Shown here: positions 44,291 to 53,467 of the stretch, in pieces
Layout of the letters: every line of letters begins with the position of its first letter
Numbering within the stretch: position 1 is the stretch's first letter
From: an uncultured Candidatus Poseidoniales archaeon
GTDB lineage: Archaea; Thermoplasmatota; Poseidoniia; Poseidoniales; Thalassarchaeaceae
Assembly: GCA_902511005.1 (NCBI GenBank)
Contig: CABXDN010000002.1
Location: 4,403-68,402 of the forward strand
Direction: 5' to 3'
DNA length: 64,000 nt
Translations under genes and position numbers: made by a program
The notes under the pieces: generated by a model
What the model saw: only the letters and a program-made list of their open reading frames with translations
The model's database searches: none
What the model was told of the DNA's origin: nothing

Positions 44291-47271
44291 GCAATCGGCT
44301 CGTCTAAATCATTATATTTTTCAGATTCATTAGTATCAAAAAATGACTCATCGACCATTACAATAGGGGAATTCATAGCACCAAATTCAGCAACAGCGGC
44401 TTCTTCTGTAAGTTGACTTTCTTCGAGTTCCTGTAATATCATTTTCTGATTGCGTTTTTCTTTTCTATTTCTTAATAGTCGAACCATTAATACACCCAAT
44501 AAAGATGAATAAATTATCAAATGTGGCATTAATTCTACAAATATAAATTTCCAACTATATTCAATGTTATAAGTTATAACATCTGAATTTTTTTTACAGT
44601 TATTCCACGATTTAGAATCAGGGCAAATAGGAGTCAAATAGGTTAATACCTGTCGACCATTTATCTCAGTGAAATTTCCCCGTTCATTAGAACTCTCAAA
44701 TGAAGTGAACCGTAATTCATCAGGCATATGAATTCTTATTAATGCCGAGGAACGGATAGTCCCGAATATTGTATGTTCCATTATGGGAAATATTTGTTGT
44801 TGCATTTGAGAGTTCTCAAAAGTAAGACCATAATCGCTAGTAATAGGGCTACCAAAGGGCCATCCAAAATAATCCATAAAAATTGAACTAACATGTGAAC
44901 GATGTATATCTAAATTAATTTCATTGTCTTTAGAGGCAATACTCATTTCTGCATTTCGAATAGAGGCTGAGAAGTTAATAGGGTTCAAATCAGAAGGAGA
45001 TGCCGTGTCAGGAATTTCATATATTTCTGATTCTGCAAAAAATGGTGTGGACTTCATATCGATGTTTAATTCATATTCTCCAAAGCCTAAGTCAATAGGA
45101 AAACTTGAGAGCGCATTTTCTTCAGATATTATGGGAAATAGTGAATTAAGATCGCTAGCGAATTTATTCATTCCTGAATTAGAAATTATTAAATTAATTT
45201 CATGACCATTGCCAAAATCTATCGGCGCAGTGATATCGGAACCGCCTAAAAGTCCCGCTTCTGACATATTTGTAGATGACCTCCGGTCACCAACCGCTAT
45301 GGCCCTACGGATAATATCTGACGGTATGGGTTCTAATTCAATACCATCTTGCCCTAAATCAATGCTTACCCTATGAATTGACAGAGTTAATTCTGCTTCA
45401 AAGTTGATATTTATTTCTCCACTTAATTCATTAATTGCGATATTATTCAGAAAAATTTCAGCTGTAGATGTAATGCATGTCATCTGCTTAGATGAACATA
45501 ATAAATCACTTGAAGTATCTTCACAGGGACTTGAAATTAAACAAATTGGGTGCTGCCAATCGAAATTTCTAGTTCCCTCAAAACCAATTTTAAAGGTATC
45601 TTGAGAATTAAAAGAAGATTGAACCTCAAGGATAGAACGGTCTCCTTTTGTAGATTTAATCCATTCAGGAAGAAATAGCTCTAAGTTAATATTAGTATTG
45701 GGGAAATCGGAGGGGATTATATTCTGTAACCAATTAGGGTTATTGGTAAACTCGACCTCTATGATACTCATGGCAGCAGCTAAATCTTCATCATTTATTA
45801 TGGAAAAATCAAGTGTAGAAACATCCCCTAAACTTGAATCTAACATGTTTTCAATTATTTCTGAGATCTTAACTTGAACCGGTTGAGAGTTTGATTGGAT
45901 ATAAATCGGGTATTTCCCAGACATTGCTTCGACTCCATCTAAACAATATCTAAACTCTAATAATTCATCACAAGTTTGTCCATAGGTATGTCGAAAATCT
46001 AACCCTCCGTCTTGATTAGCCGGAGTGAAATTAGGTTCGGTAAATTGGATATCAGAGCCAAATAATTCTGAAAGCCCTAAAGAAATTTCTTCAATTGGAA
46101 TTCCATCAAGAAGACTAGAAAAATCTTCATCTAATTCATTACTTATCATTCTAATACCGTCTGAAGTGATAAATGGGAGATTCATGTCGCCATCATCAAA
46201 TTCGATTGACCAATTACTCAAGGTATCAGAATCAAGATGATGAATAGATAATTCCATTTTAATTTCTGTATTTATAGAATCTCTAGCATCAATGAAGATA
46301 TCAATACTTAAGGATGGTTGATCATTAGGAATCGACAAAACAGAAAGTGGATTACGATTCTTTATTCGATTAGTAAGATTTAACGAAATACTAGAGTCAA
46401 TAGATTCTGGTTGAGTATTATCGAGAGATAAATGACCATAAGACTGGGGATATTGGTTGGGATAATTTTCAATAAGTAATACTCCGGGACTTTCAACTTG
46501 GTATGCTGTAGAATAATCGGGAGGATAAACTGTTAATTCGACATAATGCCCTGCTATTGCTTTCGCACTGAATGAAGTACTAATATCACCTCCCATTAGC
46601 AACAAACCTCTCATCATTCTATCTATATCGCCAGTATCTTCATTAAGGCCTATTTTAGAGGGACTAAGAACTAAGACAAAAACTCCTCTGAAGCAAATAG
46701 GAGGATTGAATGGGTCGTTAGAAAGACCATTGACTTCGTCAATGGAGTCTAAAGATTCAGCGTAAGCACACTGAACATCGTCCTCTGAATAAAAGTCAAT
46801 ACTAGATATTGTATTAAGAATTGAACTTTCAGTATAATCAAAATTATCTTCGACATATTCTTTCATATTTGCCTGTATTAAAGATAACATTCTTTCTTCT
46901 ACAGATAGCCCATTTCTCTGTAAATCAAGATAGTTTCGTATATAATCTGCCGGTATACCGTCCTCAAGAGTACTATCCCCCTCGAGATTTAAATCTTCTA
47001 AATCCAAGTCTTGACGTGAAAGTTCGTGTATTGCAGTAGAAATCGTTAGTGATACCGTTTCAGCATCATCTACATTAACTGTAATTGAAGATTTAATCCA
47101 TTCATCTGTCGTTGAACCATCTAAACTGGCTTGGTAGTCATCACAAACCCCCTCAATACTATTCCAAGTCGAACAAATATCATTTGTTACTTCTGGCACC
47201 CCAGGGGGGGGGGATGCGAAAGAAATAGGGCTGATTAACAACAAAACTAGTAGCACCACTAGCCTTTGCAT
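44287..47271 (-). CDS. large type-I membrane/secreted protein with no recognisable domains (about 994 aa from the chosen start)
   Basis: The signal peptide MQRLVVLLVLLLISPISFA begins at Met25 of the tracked ORF (44287..47343), so the start was moved to 47271. C-terminal TM LIIYSSLLGVLMVRLL followed by RNRKEKR and an acidic tail. I recognised no known motifs. Confidence 0.6.
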   Translation of the reverse strand: MQRLVVLLVLLLISPISFASPPPGVPEVTNDICSTWNSIEGVCDDYQASLDGSTTDEWIKSSITVNVDDAETVSLTISTAIHELSRQDLDLEDLNLEGDSTLEDGIPADYIRNYLDLQRNGLSVEERMLSLIQANMKEYVEDNFDYTESSILNTISSIDFYSEDDVQCAYAESLDSIDEVNGLSNDPFNPPICFRGVFVLVLSPSKIGLNEDTGDIDRMMRGLLLMGGDISTSFSAKAIAGHYVELTVYPPDYSTAYQVESPGVLLIENYPNQYPQSYGHLSLDNTQPESIDSSISLNLTNRIKNRNPLSVLSIPNDQPSLSIDIFIDARDSINTEIKMELSIHHLDSDTLSNWSIEFDDGDMNLPFITSDGIRMISNELDEDFSSLLDGIPIEEISLGLSELFGSDIQFTEPNFTPANQDGGLDFRHTYGQTCDELLEFRYCLDGVEAMSGKYPIYIQSNSQPVQVKISEIIENMLDSSLGDVSTLDFSIINDEDLAAAMSIIEVEFTNNPNWLQNIIPSDFPNTNINLELFLPEWIKSTKGDRSILEVQSSFNSQDTFKIGFEGTRNFDWQHPICLISSPCEDTSSDLLCSSKQMTCITSTAEIFLNNIAINELSGEININFEAELTLSIHRVSIDLGQDGIELEPIPSDIIRRAIAVGDRRSSTNMSEAGLLGGSDITAPIDFGNGHEINLIISNSGMNKFASDLNSLFPIISEENALSSFPIDLGFGEYELNIDMKSTPFFAESEIYEIPDTASPSDLNPINFSASIRNAEMSIASKDNEINLDIHRSHVSSIFMDYFGWPFGSPITSDYGLTFENSQMQQQIFPIMEHTIFGTIRSSALIRIHMPDELRFTSFESSNERGNFTEINGRQVLTYLTPICPDSKSWNNCKKNSDVITYNIEYSWKFIFVELMPHLIIYSSLLGVLMVRLLRNRKEKRNQKMILQELEESQLTEEAAVAEFGAMNSPIVMVDESFFDTNESEKYNDLDEPIA
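47204..47213. repeat. G10 (C10 on the coding strand) homopolymer inside the 5' end of the ORFan surface-protein gene
   Basis: Counted directly: ccaggggggggggatg. It encodes S-P-P-P-G right after the predicted signal-peptide cleavage site (SFA|SPPPGVP). It is the longest G/C run I found in the window; the others are 7-8 nt. Confidence 0.95.
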
Positions 47272-47333
47272 ATTATTATCCAATAACTCATCTACCATAA
47301 GTCTGAATCCATCCTGCATCTCGGAGAGTGTGA

Positions 47334-48227
47334 ATGAGTGCACCTAAGCCCCACTTACGACTTCGTAAAATGATTGAAGCATATCTCATTTCAGAAGGTA
47401 AAGATTCAGAAAATATATCTTTACTAATTGATAATATTCCTAAGAGATGGGAAAAATTCTCAGACATCGTGTTATTACCTAACTCATCCTTCAGAGGAGA
47501 TGACTGGGAGGGGATAATTTCCGAAGAATTCTGGATATCGGTATGTAATGTTTTAGAGGTTAAAAGATTAGCAAGATTAGGAGAAATTGTAGGAAATAAG
47601 CGTGAATCAACAGTGGAAATATTAGTTGGAGATAATGACTGGGTAATTAGGAAAGAAAGTGGAATTAAGTATGGTTATCCTTTGACTAAGTGTATGTTTT
47701 CTTCAGGTAATATAAACGAGCGACGGAGGATGGGGGAAATCGTTTCTAAAAATGAGATTATTGTTGATTTATTTTCTGGTATTGGATATTATACGTTGCC
47801 AATTTTAGTAAAAAGTGAAGTAAAGCATGTCTATTCATGTGAATGGAATATAAATGCAATAAATGCTTTGAAATTTAACCTAAAAGAAAACAAAGTTGAG
47901 AATCGATGTACCATTTATGAGGGGGATAACCGGGAAACCACTGGGGACTTATGTAATATTGCAGATAGAGTATTATTGGGCCTCCTACCTACAGCAGAGA
48001 AATCATATGATATCGCTTTGAATTGTCTGAAACAAAGTGGAGGAGTTCTCCATCTACACGGACTAGCACCAGCTAATAATCATCAAAAATTAGTTGATAG
48101 TACTACTAATATCCTAGAAAGTTTAGATTATGACTACATGGTCAAAAATATTATCATCAATAAAATCAAATCATATGCGCCTCATTGGGATCATTTAGTA
48201 TTAGATATCGAAATAGATAAGATTTAA
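47334..48227 (+). CDS. Trm5/Taw2 (Met-10+) family SAM-dependent tRNA modification enzyme, probably wyosine-pathway Taw2
   Basis: CMFSSGNINERRRM and the SAM-binding VDLFSGIGYYTLP...CEWN are family hallmarks. Confidence 0.7.
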   Translation: MSAPKPHLRLRKMIEAYLISEGKDSENISLLIDNIPKRWEKFSDIVLLPNSSFRGDDWEGIISEEFWISVCNVLEVKRLARLGEIVGNKRESTVEILVGDNDWVIRKESGIKYGYPLTKCMFSSGNINERRRMGEIVSKNEIIVDLFSGIGYYTLPILVKSEVKHVYSCEWNINAINALKFNLKENKVENRCTIYEGDNRETTGDLCNIADRVLLGLLPTAEKSYDIALNCLKQSGGVLHLHGLAPANNHQKLVDSTTNILESLDYDYMVKNIIINKIKSYAPHWDHLVLDIEIDKI

Positions 48228-48279
48228 TCTTGACTTTACAAGCATTATAATAATCTGCTATTGCCTATTCGCAATACTA

Positions 48280-50166
48280 ATGGATGAGGTCTTGGATGCC
48301 GAAGTGGTCGAAGAAAATCCATTTTTTATGATTTCAAAAGGAACTTCTGTTTCATGGGGAAAAATTGAATCATTGGTTTTAAGAAATAAAAAGTTAATGA
48401 TTTTAATGTCAACAATTCTAGTTACAAGTATAATTATTAGTTCTACGATTTGGTCCGCTGCGGGTCCTGGAGGTTTTAATAAATCAGATGATGAATGGTG
48501 GGAAACACCAGTTAATGAAAGATATAATATGGAATTAAATATGACTGGATGGAGAAGTCAACTTCCAGTTGAAGATTTATACTCATGGACTGGGCCAACA
48601 GAATACTTTGTAGAAGTTGATTTACCTATCTCAGAACAAGACGTAGGATATCCTGGACCTGCTCTGATGCATATTTCATTATGGATGCCAGATGTTCCCA
48701 ATGGGACAAAAATTCCCGTAATAGCAACTGTACATCCTTACTATGATTTTGGGGGAGAGGGAGTTGTGGGGGATGACTCTAACCCTAATACGATACCTGA
48801 TGCAGGTGTTGGTTTATGGGTACTAGAAGAATTTGTACCCCATGGATATGCTCTAGCACAAATTTCAACATTTGGTACCGGTAAATCAACTCATTGTCAA
48901 GATGTAAAAGGACTTGGTGAACAAATTGGAATTCAAGAAGCAGTTCATTGGCTTGGAGAACAAGAATGGTCCAATGGTAATGTAGGACTAATGGGTAAAT
49001 CCTATGCAGGAACTACAAATTGGGAAGCCGCACAGAATCCTTCGGAGCATCTGAAAACTATTGTTCCTATTTCTGGATCGATAGGCGTGCAACAAATGTT
49101 CTATCGAAATGGCTCTAGTGAAGCTAGAGCTATGCTCTATGATGTACTGTATGAAGGAGCAACTGCTGATGCTACAAGCGATGATATGAGGTTCTGTACA
49201 GATGATGCCATCGGCCCTTTGAGCCCATTTACTACTTGGTTGGGTGCTGGTTTAGGAGGGGATGAATGGAATGACTACTGGGATGAAAGATACCACTTAC
49301 AAGATGTCATAGATAATTACAACGGGAGTGTATATATTGTTTGGGGATTACAAGATTGGAACGTTGACCCATATCATGCATTTCCAACTCATCAACTATT
49401 GAAAGATGCTGGAATTAATGTTCGAACTATTTCTGGACAATGGGGGCATAACTATCCTGACCAACCGAGTGTCCATGAAGGGTTAGAATCAGGATATGGC
49501 GCTGAAGCATTTCCAAGTGTTACAAGAATGGATTGGGCGGTTGAACTGTTTCCATGGTTTGAGTATTATCTAAAAGACATAGGTGAAGAACCTGAATCCT
49601 ATGTTCAGGTACAGCGAAATGATGGTAATTGGCATATTGAAGAAACATGGCCGGCAGAAGATACTGTAAATATTCAATATGCAATTGCAGATTGGGATGG
49701 AGGAATGTCAGGGACTGTTAATTCTCAACAATCGATGACAATTACCAGTCAACCTTTAACTGAAGATATGCACATCTCTGGGTTACCAACATTACATATT
49801 GATGCGAGAACAAATGCTTGTAATGGCGGGCAATTATTTGTAACAATGTTTGATGGCACTTCAGGATTGAGATTAGGTCATGCAACTATGGATGTAAGGT
49901 ATAGGGATGGAGGATATGATGCGAAGCCAACTTCTCCTATGACGAGTTATAGGATGCTAATGGAGTTCAACCCTATGGATGTTATAATCCCTAAAGGTCA
50001 TACAATTCAACTGGTGGTTAGTGAAACAGGAGAGGACTATTTACCATCACCATGCGCCCCTCTGGGGATGACAATATTTGCTGGTTATCAAGTTCTTACT
50101 CTCCCTACTCTAGATCGCCCTATCGGTCATGAGAATTGGTTTAATGTTCCTGCTTGGTGGGAATAA
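48280..50166 (+). CDS. membrane-anchored S15 X-Pro dipeptidyl-peptidase / CocE-NonD family hydrolase
   Basis: N-terminal TM LMILMSTILVTSIIISSTIW, nucleophile block GLMGKSYAGTTNWEAA, GLQDWNV (Asp) and GQWGHNYP (His). Confidence 0.8.
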   Translation: MDEVLDAEVVEENPFFMISKGTSVSWGKIESLVLRNKKLMILMSTILVTSIIISSTIWSAAGPGGFNKSDDEWWETPVNERYNMELNMTGWRSQLPVEDLYSWTGPTEYFVEVDLPISEQDVGYPGPALMHISLWMPDVPNGTKIPVIATVHPYYDFGGEGVVGDDSNPNTIPDAGVGLWVLEEFVPHGYALAQISTFGTGKSTHCQDVKGLGEQIGIQEAVHWLGEQEWSNGNVGLMGKSYAGTTNWEAAQNPSEHLKTIVPISGSIGVQQMFYRNGSSEARAMLYDVLYEGATADATSDDMRFCTDDAIGPLSPFTTWLGAGLGGDEWNDYWDERYHLQDVIDNYNGSVYIVWGLQDWNVDPYHAFPTHQLLKDAGINVRTISGQWGHNYPDQPSVHEGLESGYGAEAFPSVTRMDWAVELFPWFEYYLKDIGEEPESYVQVQRNDGNWHIEETWPAEDTVNIQYAIADWDGGMSGTVNSQQSMTITSQPLTEDMHISGLPTLHIDARTNACNGGQLFVTMFDGTSGLRLGHATMDVRYRDGGYDAKPTSPMTSYRMLMEFNPMDVIIPKGHTIQLVVSETGEDYLPSPCAPLGMTIFAGYQVLTLPTLDRPIGHENWFNVPAWWE

Positions 50167-50701
50167 TAATTGGTATATTTTCTAACTTACCTAGACACTC
50201 TTTATGAAAATAATTACTACGAAATTTCCGAGTACTTTTCCTCACAATAAAACCACACTTAGAGCAAGTCCATGCCCACTTAGATTTGCTATCTTGTAAC
50301 TCTCGAGTTAATTTCTTTCCAATAATATTCATTTCTTTTTTATTAGGCCATAAATTTTCAATAGTACGGAACTCTCTATTGTGAGTAAAGTTTCCAAGGC
50401 AATGGATATATTCATGAAAAAGAACAAATTCAGCATAATCAAGATATTGTTTTTGAAATAAATTACGATTTAGTCGTACTCTACAATTCTTGATACTAAT
50501 TCTCTTAGATTTATCTAAATTGGTTGTAAGACCATGACGAGAAACTGAATTTTGGGAGAGATAAGATATTTCTATTCGAGATAAATTAGATAACTCGACA
50601 TCGCTAAAAATTCTATTGCCTGAATTATCAGAAAAAAATCTCATTTTAGAAATAACTATTTCGCGTAATTGATTAATGTCTGGAACTCGGTATTGTTCCA
50701 T
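50141..50701 (-). CDS. DUF45/YgjP-like (SprT/WLM-like) zinc metallohydrolase with a C-terminal zinc ribbon
   Basis: FVLFHEYIHCLGNFTHNREFRTIENLWPN fits the HExxH-x4-5-(N)H-xxx-F-x6-P pattern of DUF45. The C-terminus has CSKCGF...HKEC. The 3' end overlaps the S15 gene by 26 nt. Confidence 0.55.
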   Translation of the reverse strand: MEQYRVPDINQLREIVISKMRFFSDNSGNRIFSDVELSNLSRIEISYLSQNSVSRHGLTTNLDKSKRISIKNCRVRLNRNLFQKQYLDYAEFVLFHEYIHCLGNFTHNREFRTIENLWPNKKEMNIIGKKLTRELQDSKSKWAWTCSKCGFIVRKSTRKFRSNYFHKECLGKLENIPIIIPTKQEH

Positions 50702-50714
50702 AGTAATTTCTCAT

Positions 50715-51257
50715 CTATTCTTCTTTGATAAAAATATGTTCTCTATAGTAAGAAAGTTCGTTAATACTGCCCCGAATATCTCCTAGTGCTCTATGGCCGG
50801 AATTATTCTTCCACTTAGGTAATTCAGGATACCACCTTCTTACTAACTCTTTGACGCTAGTAACATCGACGCTACGATAATGAAAAAATGAATGAAGAGT
50901 TGGCATATATCTCCTTAAAAAACGTCGATCTTGACCAATGGTATTACCACATAAAGGTGGCACACCAGCTAAGCAATGTAGCTGTAAGAAGTCAAGAGTA
51001 GCGATTTCTGCATTACTCATATTGGTCTTGGAATCTCTGACTCGTTTGATCAAGCCATTTTCTGTATGATGGGAAACATTCCACTCATCCATTTTGGCTA
51101 AATCCTCTTCCGATACAGAAATCGCAAAACTTGGTCCCTCTGCTACTATAGAAAGATCTGCTTCAGTAACAATAGTTGCAATCTCGATGATTGTATTTTC
51201 ATAAGGATCTAATCCTGTCATTTCAAGATCAATCCATACCAGTCGGTCTTCAACCAT
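50715..51257 (-). CDS. orn: oligoribonuclease (DEDDh 3'-5' exonuclease)
   Basis: LVWIDLEMTGLDPYENTIIEIATIVT (ExoI), GNTIGQDRRFL (ExoII) and HRALGDIRGSINELSYYR (ExoIII) are near-canonical Orn blocks. Confidence 0.9.
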   Translation of the reverse strand: MVEDRLVWIDLEMTGLDPYENTIIEIATIVTEADLSIVAEGPSFAISVSEEDLAKMDEWNVSHHTENGLIKRVRDSKTNMSNAEIATLDFLQLHCLAGVPPLCGNTIGQDRRFLRRYMPTLHSFFHYRSVDVTSVKELVRRWYPELPKWKNNSGHRALGDIRGSINELSYYREHIFIKEE

Positions 51258-51323
51258 GATGCTCGCGAGAACACTTCAGTCTTATGAGTTATGATTGAGC
51301 ATCAGTATGATAATGAATGAGTT

Positions 51324-52622
51324 ATGCGGAGGTCTATGAGTGGTGTAGGATATATACAGATACTCAAAAATAATCACTCATTTCGTCGATTATTCATAGC
51401 ACAAGAATTGTCCTATATTGGAGATTGGTTCACTGTTATTGCACTATTCATATTAGCAGGGGATGCAAGTGATAATTCACCTCTAGCCATAGCCGGAGTT
51501 TTAGCGACAAGGAGTTTTTCATTGGCTGCAATGACTCCTTTTACAGGTATGTTAGCTGATCGTTACTCTCGTAAAGGGCTGATGATTTGTTCTGATTTAG
51601 CAGCTTTTATTGTTTTGGCTATAGTATTGCAATTTGATTTGTTATATACTGATAATAAACTGTTATCAGTATATTTTCTAGCAGTTGCAATGGTGGCGGC
51701 TAAATCTATTTTCGATCCTGCACAATACGCCTATTTACCAAATATTTGTAATGATGATGAACTACTAACTGCTAATGCCCTAGGGTCTGGTGGCTGGTCA
51801 ATTGCATTAGGTGTAGGAGCTTCTATAGGTGGTTTGACGATTGCAGAATATGGTATAACAGTCGCATTATGGATAGACGCACTAACATTCCTTAGTTCAG
51901 CAATTTGTATCATGACGCTTCCTTTTGGCGGTCCTGATACAAGTGAACGTGAAAATATGACTCCGAAAGTTGTTACCAAGAATATTACTGATGGTTGGAA
52001 ATATATTCTTCAAAATCCAGAAGTTAGAAGATTAGTAATCGCTAAGGCGCTGTGGTCTTCAGGGGGAGGAGCACAGATCTTTCTCTTGATAATGATAGGG
52101 ATAGAGGCTGACTTTGGAGATATTGCGGCAGGAATAGGTATTCTATTCATGGCCAGAGGATTTGGTTCAGGATTCGGCCCTATGGCGGGAAGACCATTGA
52201 TGAGAAATAAACTACTAAGACCATACTTGATAGGTTTAGCAGTAGGAATCTCTGGAATATTTTATATCATCATTTCATTGATTCTACCATATGATTGGAA
52301 TAATTTACTACTGGTTATGGTATTTATATCACATGCATCCAGTGGTTTCAATTGGGTTCAATCAACAACCTTGACTCAAGAACGTTCTGGAGATGAATGG
52401 AGGGGGAGAGTTGCGGGTGCAGATTTCCTCGCACTAACTCTTATGATGGGTATTTCTGCGATAACAGCAGGTTTTATTCTTGAAAATGAATTCCTTCAAT
52501 TAAGAGAAGTAATAGCTTTATCTGCCCTTATTCAAATTATTATGGGTATAGGATGGATTGTATTGGCTTCTCCTAAAGAGAAAGTTATATTCAATTTAGA
52601 AGATCCTGTGCTCAACCTATAA
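51324..52622 (+). CDS. MFS transporter
   Basis: About 12 hydrophobic helices and a motif-A-like GMLADRYSRKG between TM2 and TM3. Confidence 0.75.
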   Translation: MRRSMSGVGYIQILKNNHSFRRLFIAQELSYIGDWFTVIALFILAGDASDNSPLAIAGVLATRSFSLAAMTPFTGMLADRYSRKGLMICSDLAAFIVLAIVLQFDLLYTDNKLLSVYFLAVAMVAAKSIFDPAQYAYLPNICNDDELLTANALGSGGWSIALGVGASIGGLTIAEYGITVALWIDALTFLSSAICIMTLPFGGPDTSERENMTPKVVTKNITDGWKYILQNPEVRRLVIAKALWSSGGGAQIFLLIMIGIEADFGDIAAGIGILFMARGFGSGFGPMAGRPLMRNKLLRPYLIGLAVGISGIFYIIISLILPYDWNNLLLVMVFISHASSGFNWVQSTTLTQERSGDEWRGRVAGADFLALTLMMGISAITAGFILENEFLQLREVIALSALIQIIMGIGWIVLASPKEKVIFNLEDPVLNL

Positions 52623-53460
52623 ATCGTTGAAGTGCAACTAAGACAACGATAGGTGCTATTGAGAAAACAATATCTCTCATCAATGATCGAGAAGAGGCTT
52701 GAACCTGTTTTGTAATACGTTCTCTGATTTCTGTATCAATTTTTTCAATCATTCCTGAGGCAGGATCTTTAGCCTTAATTAGAACTTCTTCAAGCATATC
52801 AACACCCTTGTCAAGAAGACTGGTGATAATATCTTGTAATGGATTAGTTTTTCCTGGCTTATGAACTCCATCGGTATCTTCTGAGATATCAATAACCTCC
52901 CTCCAAGGGCGAGGTATTGTAAACTCATCAACAGTTTTGAGAAATTCACGACCAATTACAGCACCCTCGACAATAGCTTTAGCGGTAGTCAAATTATACT
53001 TTGCAATTGTTTGAATATTTTTACGTGAACGAGTTACCTTACCAAAATCTACAACTAACCAAATTATACCTGCTAAGATCAATAAGAATATTCCGAAATC
53101 TGGAGTCTCTTCCCAACTTTTCCATCCAATATCGCCATTTATGACTAATCTAGCTGTTAACGCAATTAAAGCAGGTAAAATGAATGAAAGAATCTCATTC
53201 ATAACAATCTTCCAAAAGCCATCAACTGGTAATTTCTTCAATCTACCTAGGAACCATTTCACATGTTGAGTTCTATCTCCTGGTGGGGCATATGTATTAA
53301 CTAAATCAATCAATGGAGGTGCAATGAGAATTAAGCGTAATAAAAATGGAATAATTAGAAGCAATAAATATGCTTCCCAGGGAGACTCAGGAGGGAGGCT
53401 AGGGAAATATATCGCATCCGACATAATATTGACTGATACACCGTCTACCATGAATGTCAC
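52612..53460 (-). CDS. hypothetical membrane protein (3-4 TM plus a soluble helical C-terminal half ending in a TM)
   Basis: Long ORF with hydrophobic helices (AYLLLLIIPFLLRLILIAPPL, ILSFILPALIALTARLV, FGIFLLILAGIIWLVV, IVFSIAPIVVLVAL). No family was recognised. Confidence 0.4.
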   Translation of the reverse strand: MTFMVDGVSVNIMSDAIYFPSLPPESPWEAYLLLLIIPFLLRLILIAPPLIDLVNTYAPPGDRTQHVKWFLGRLKKLPVDGFWKIVMNEILSFILPALIALTARLVINGDIGWKSWEETPDFGIFLLILAGIIWLVVDFGKVTRSRKNIQTIAKYNLTTAKAIVEGAVIGREFLKTVDEFTIPRPWREVIDISEDTDGVHKPGKTNPLQDIITSLLDKGVDMLEEVLIKAKDPASGMIEKIDTEIRERITKQVQASSRSLMRDIVFSIAPIVVLVALQRFIG

Positions 53461-53467
53461 CCCTTCA

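Noticed and set aside
47272-47343. The N-terminal 24 codons of the tracked ORF 44287..47343, which would make it overlap the divergent taw2-like start by 10 nt.
   Set aside because: A textbook signal peptide begins at Met25 (MQRLVVLLVLLLISPISFA). Starting there restores a 62-nt divergent promoter spacer like the others in the window.
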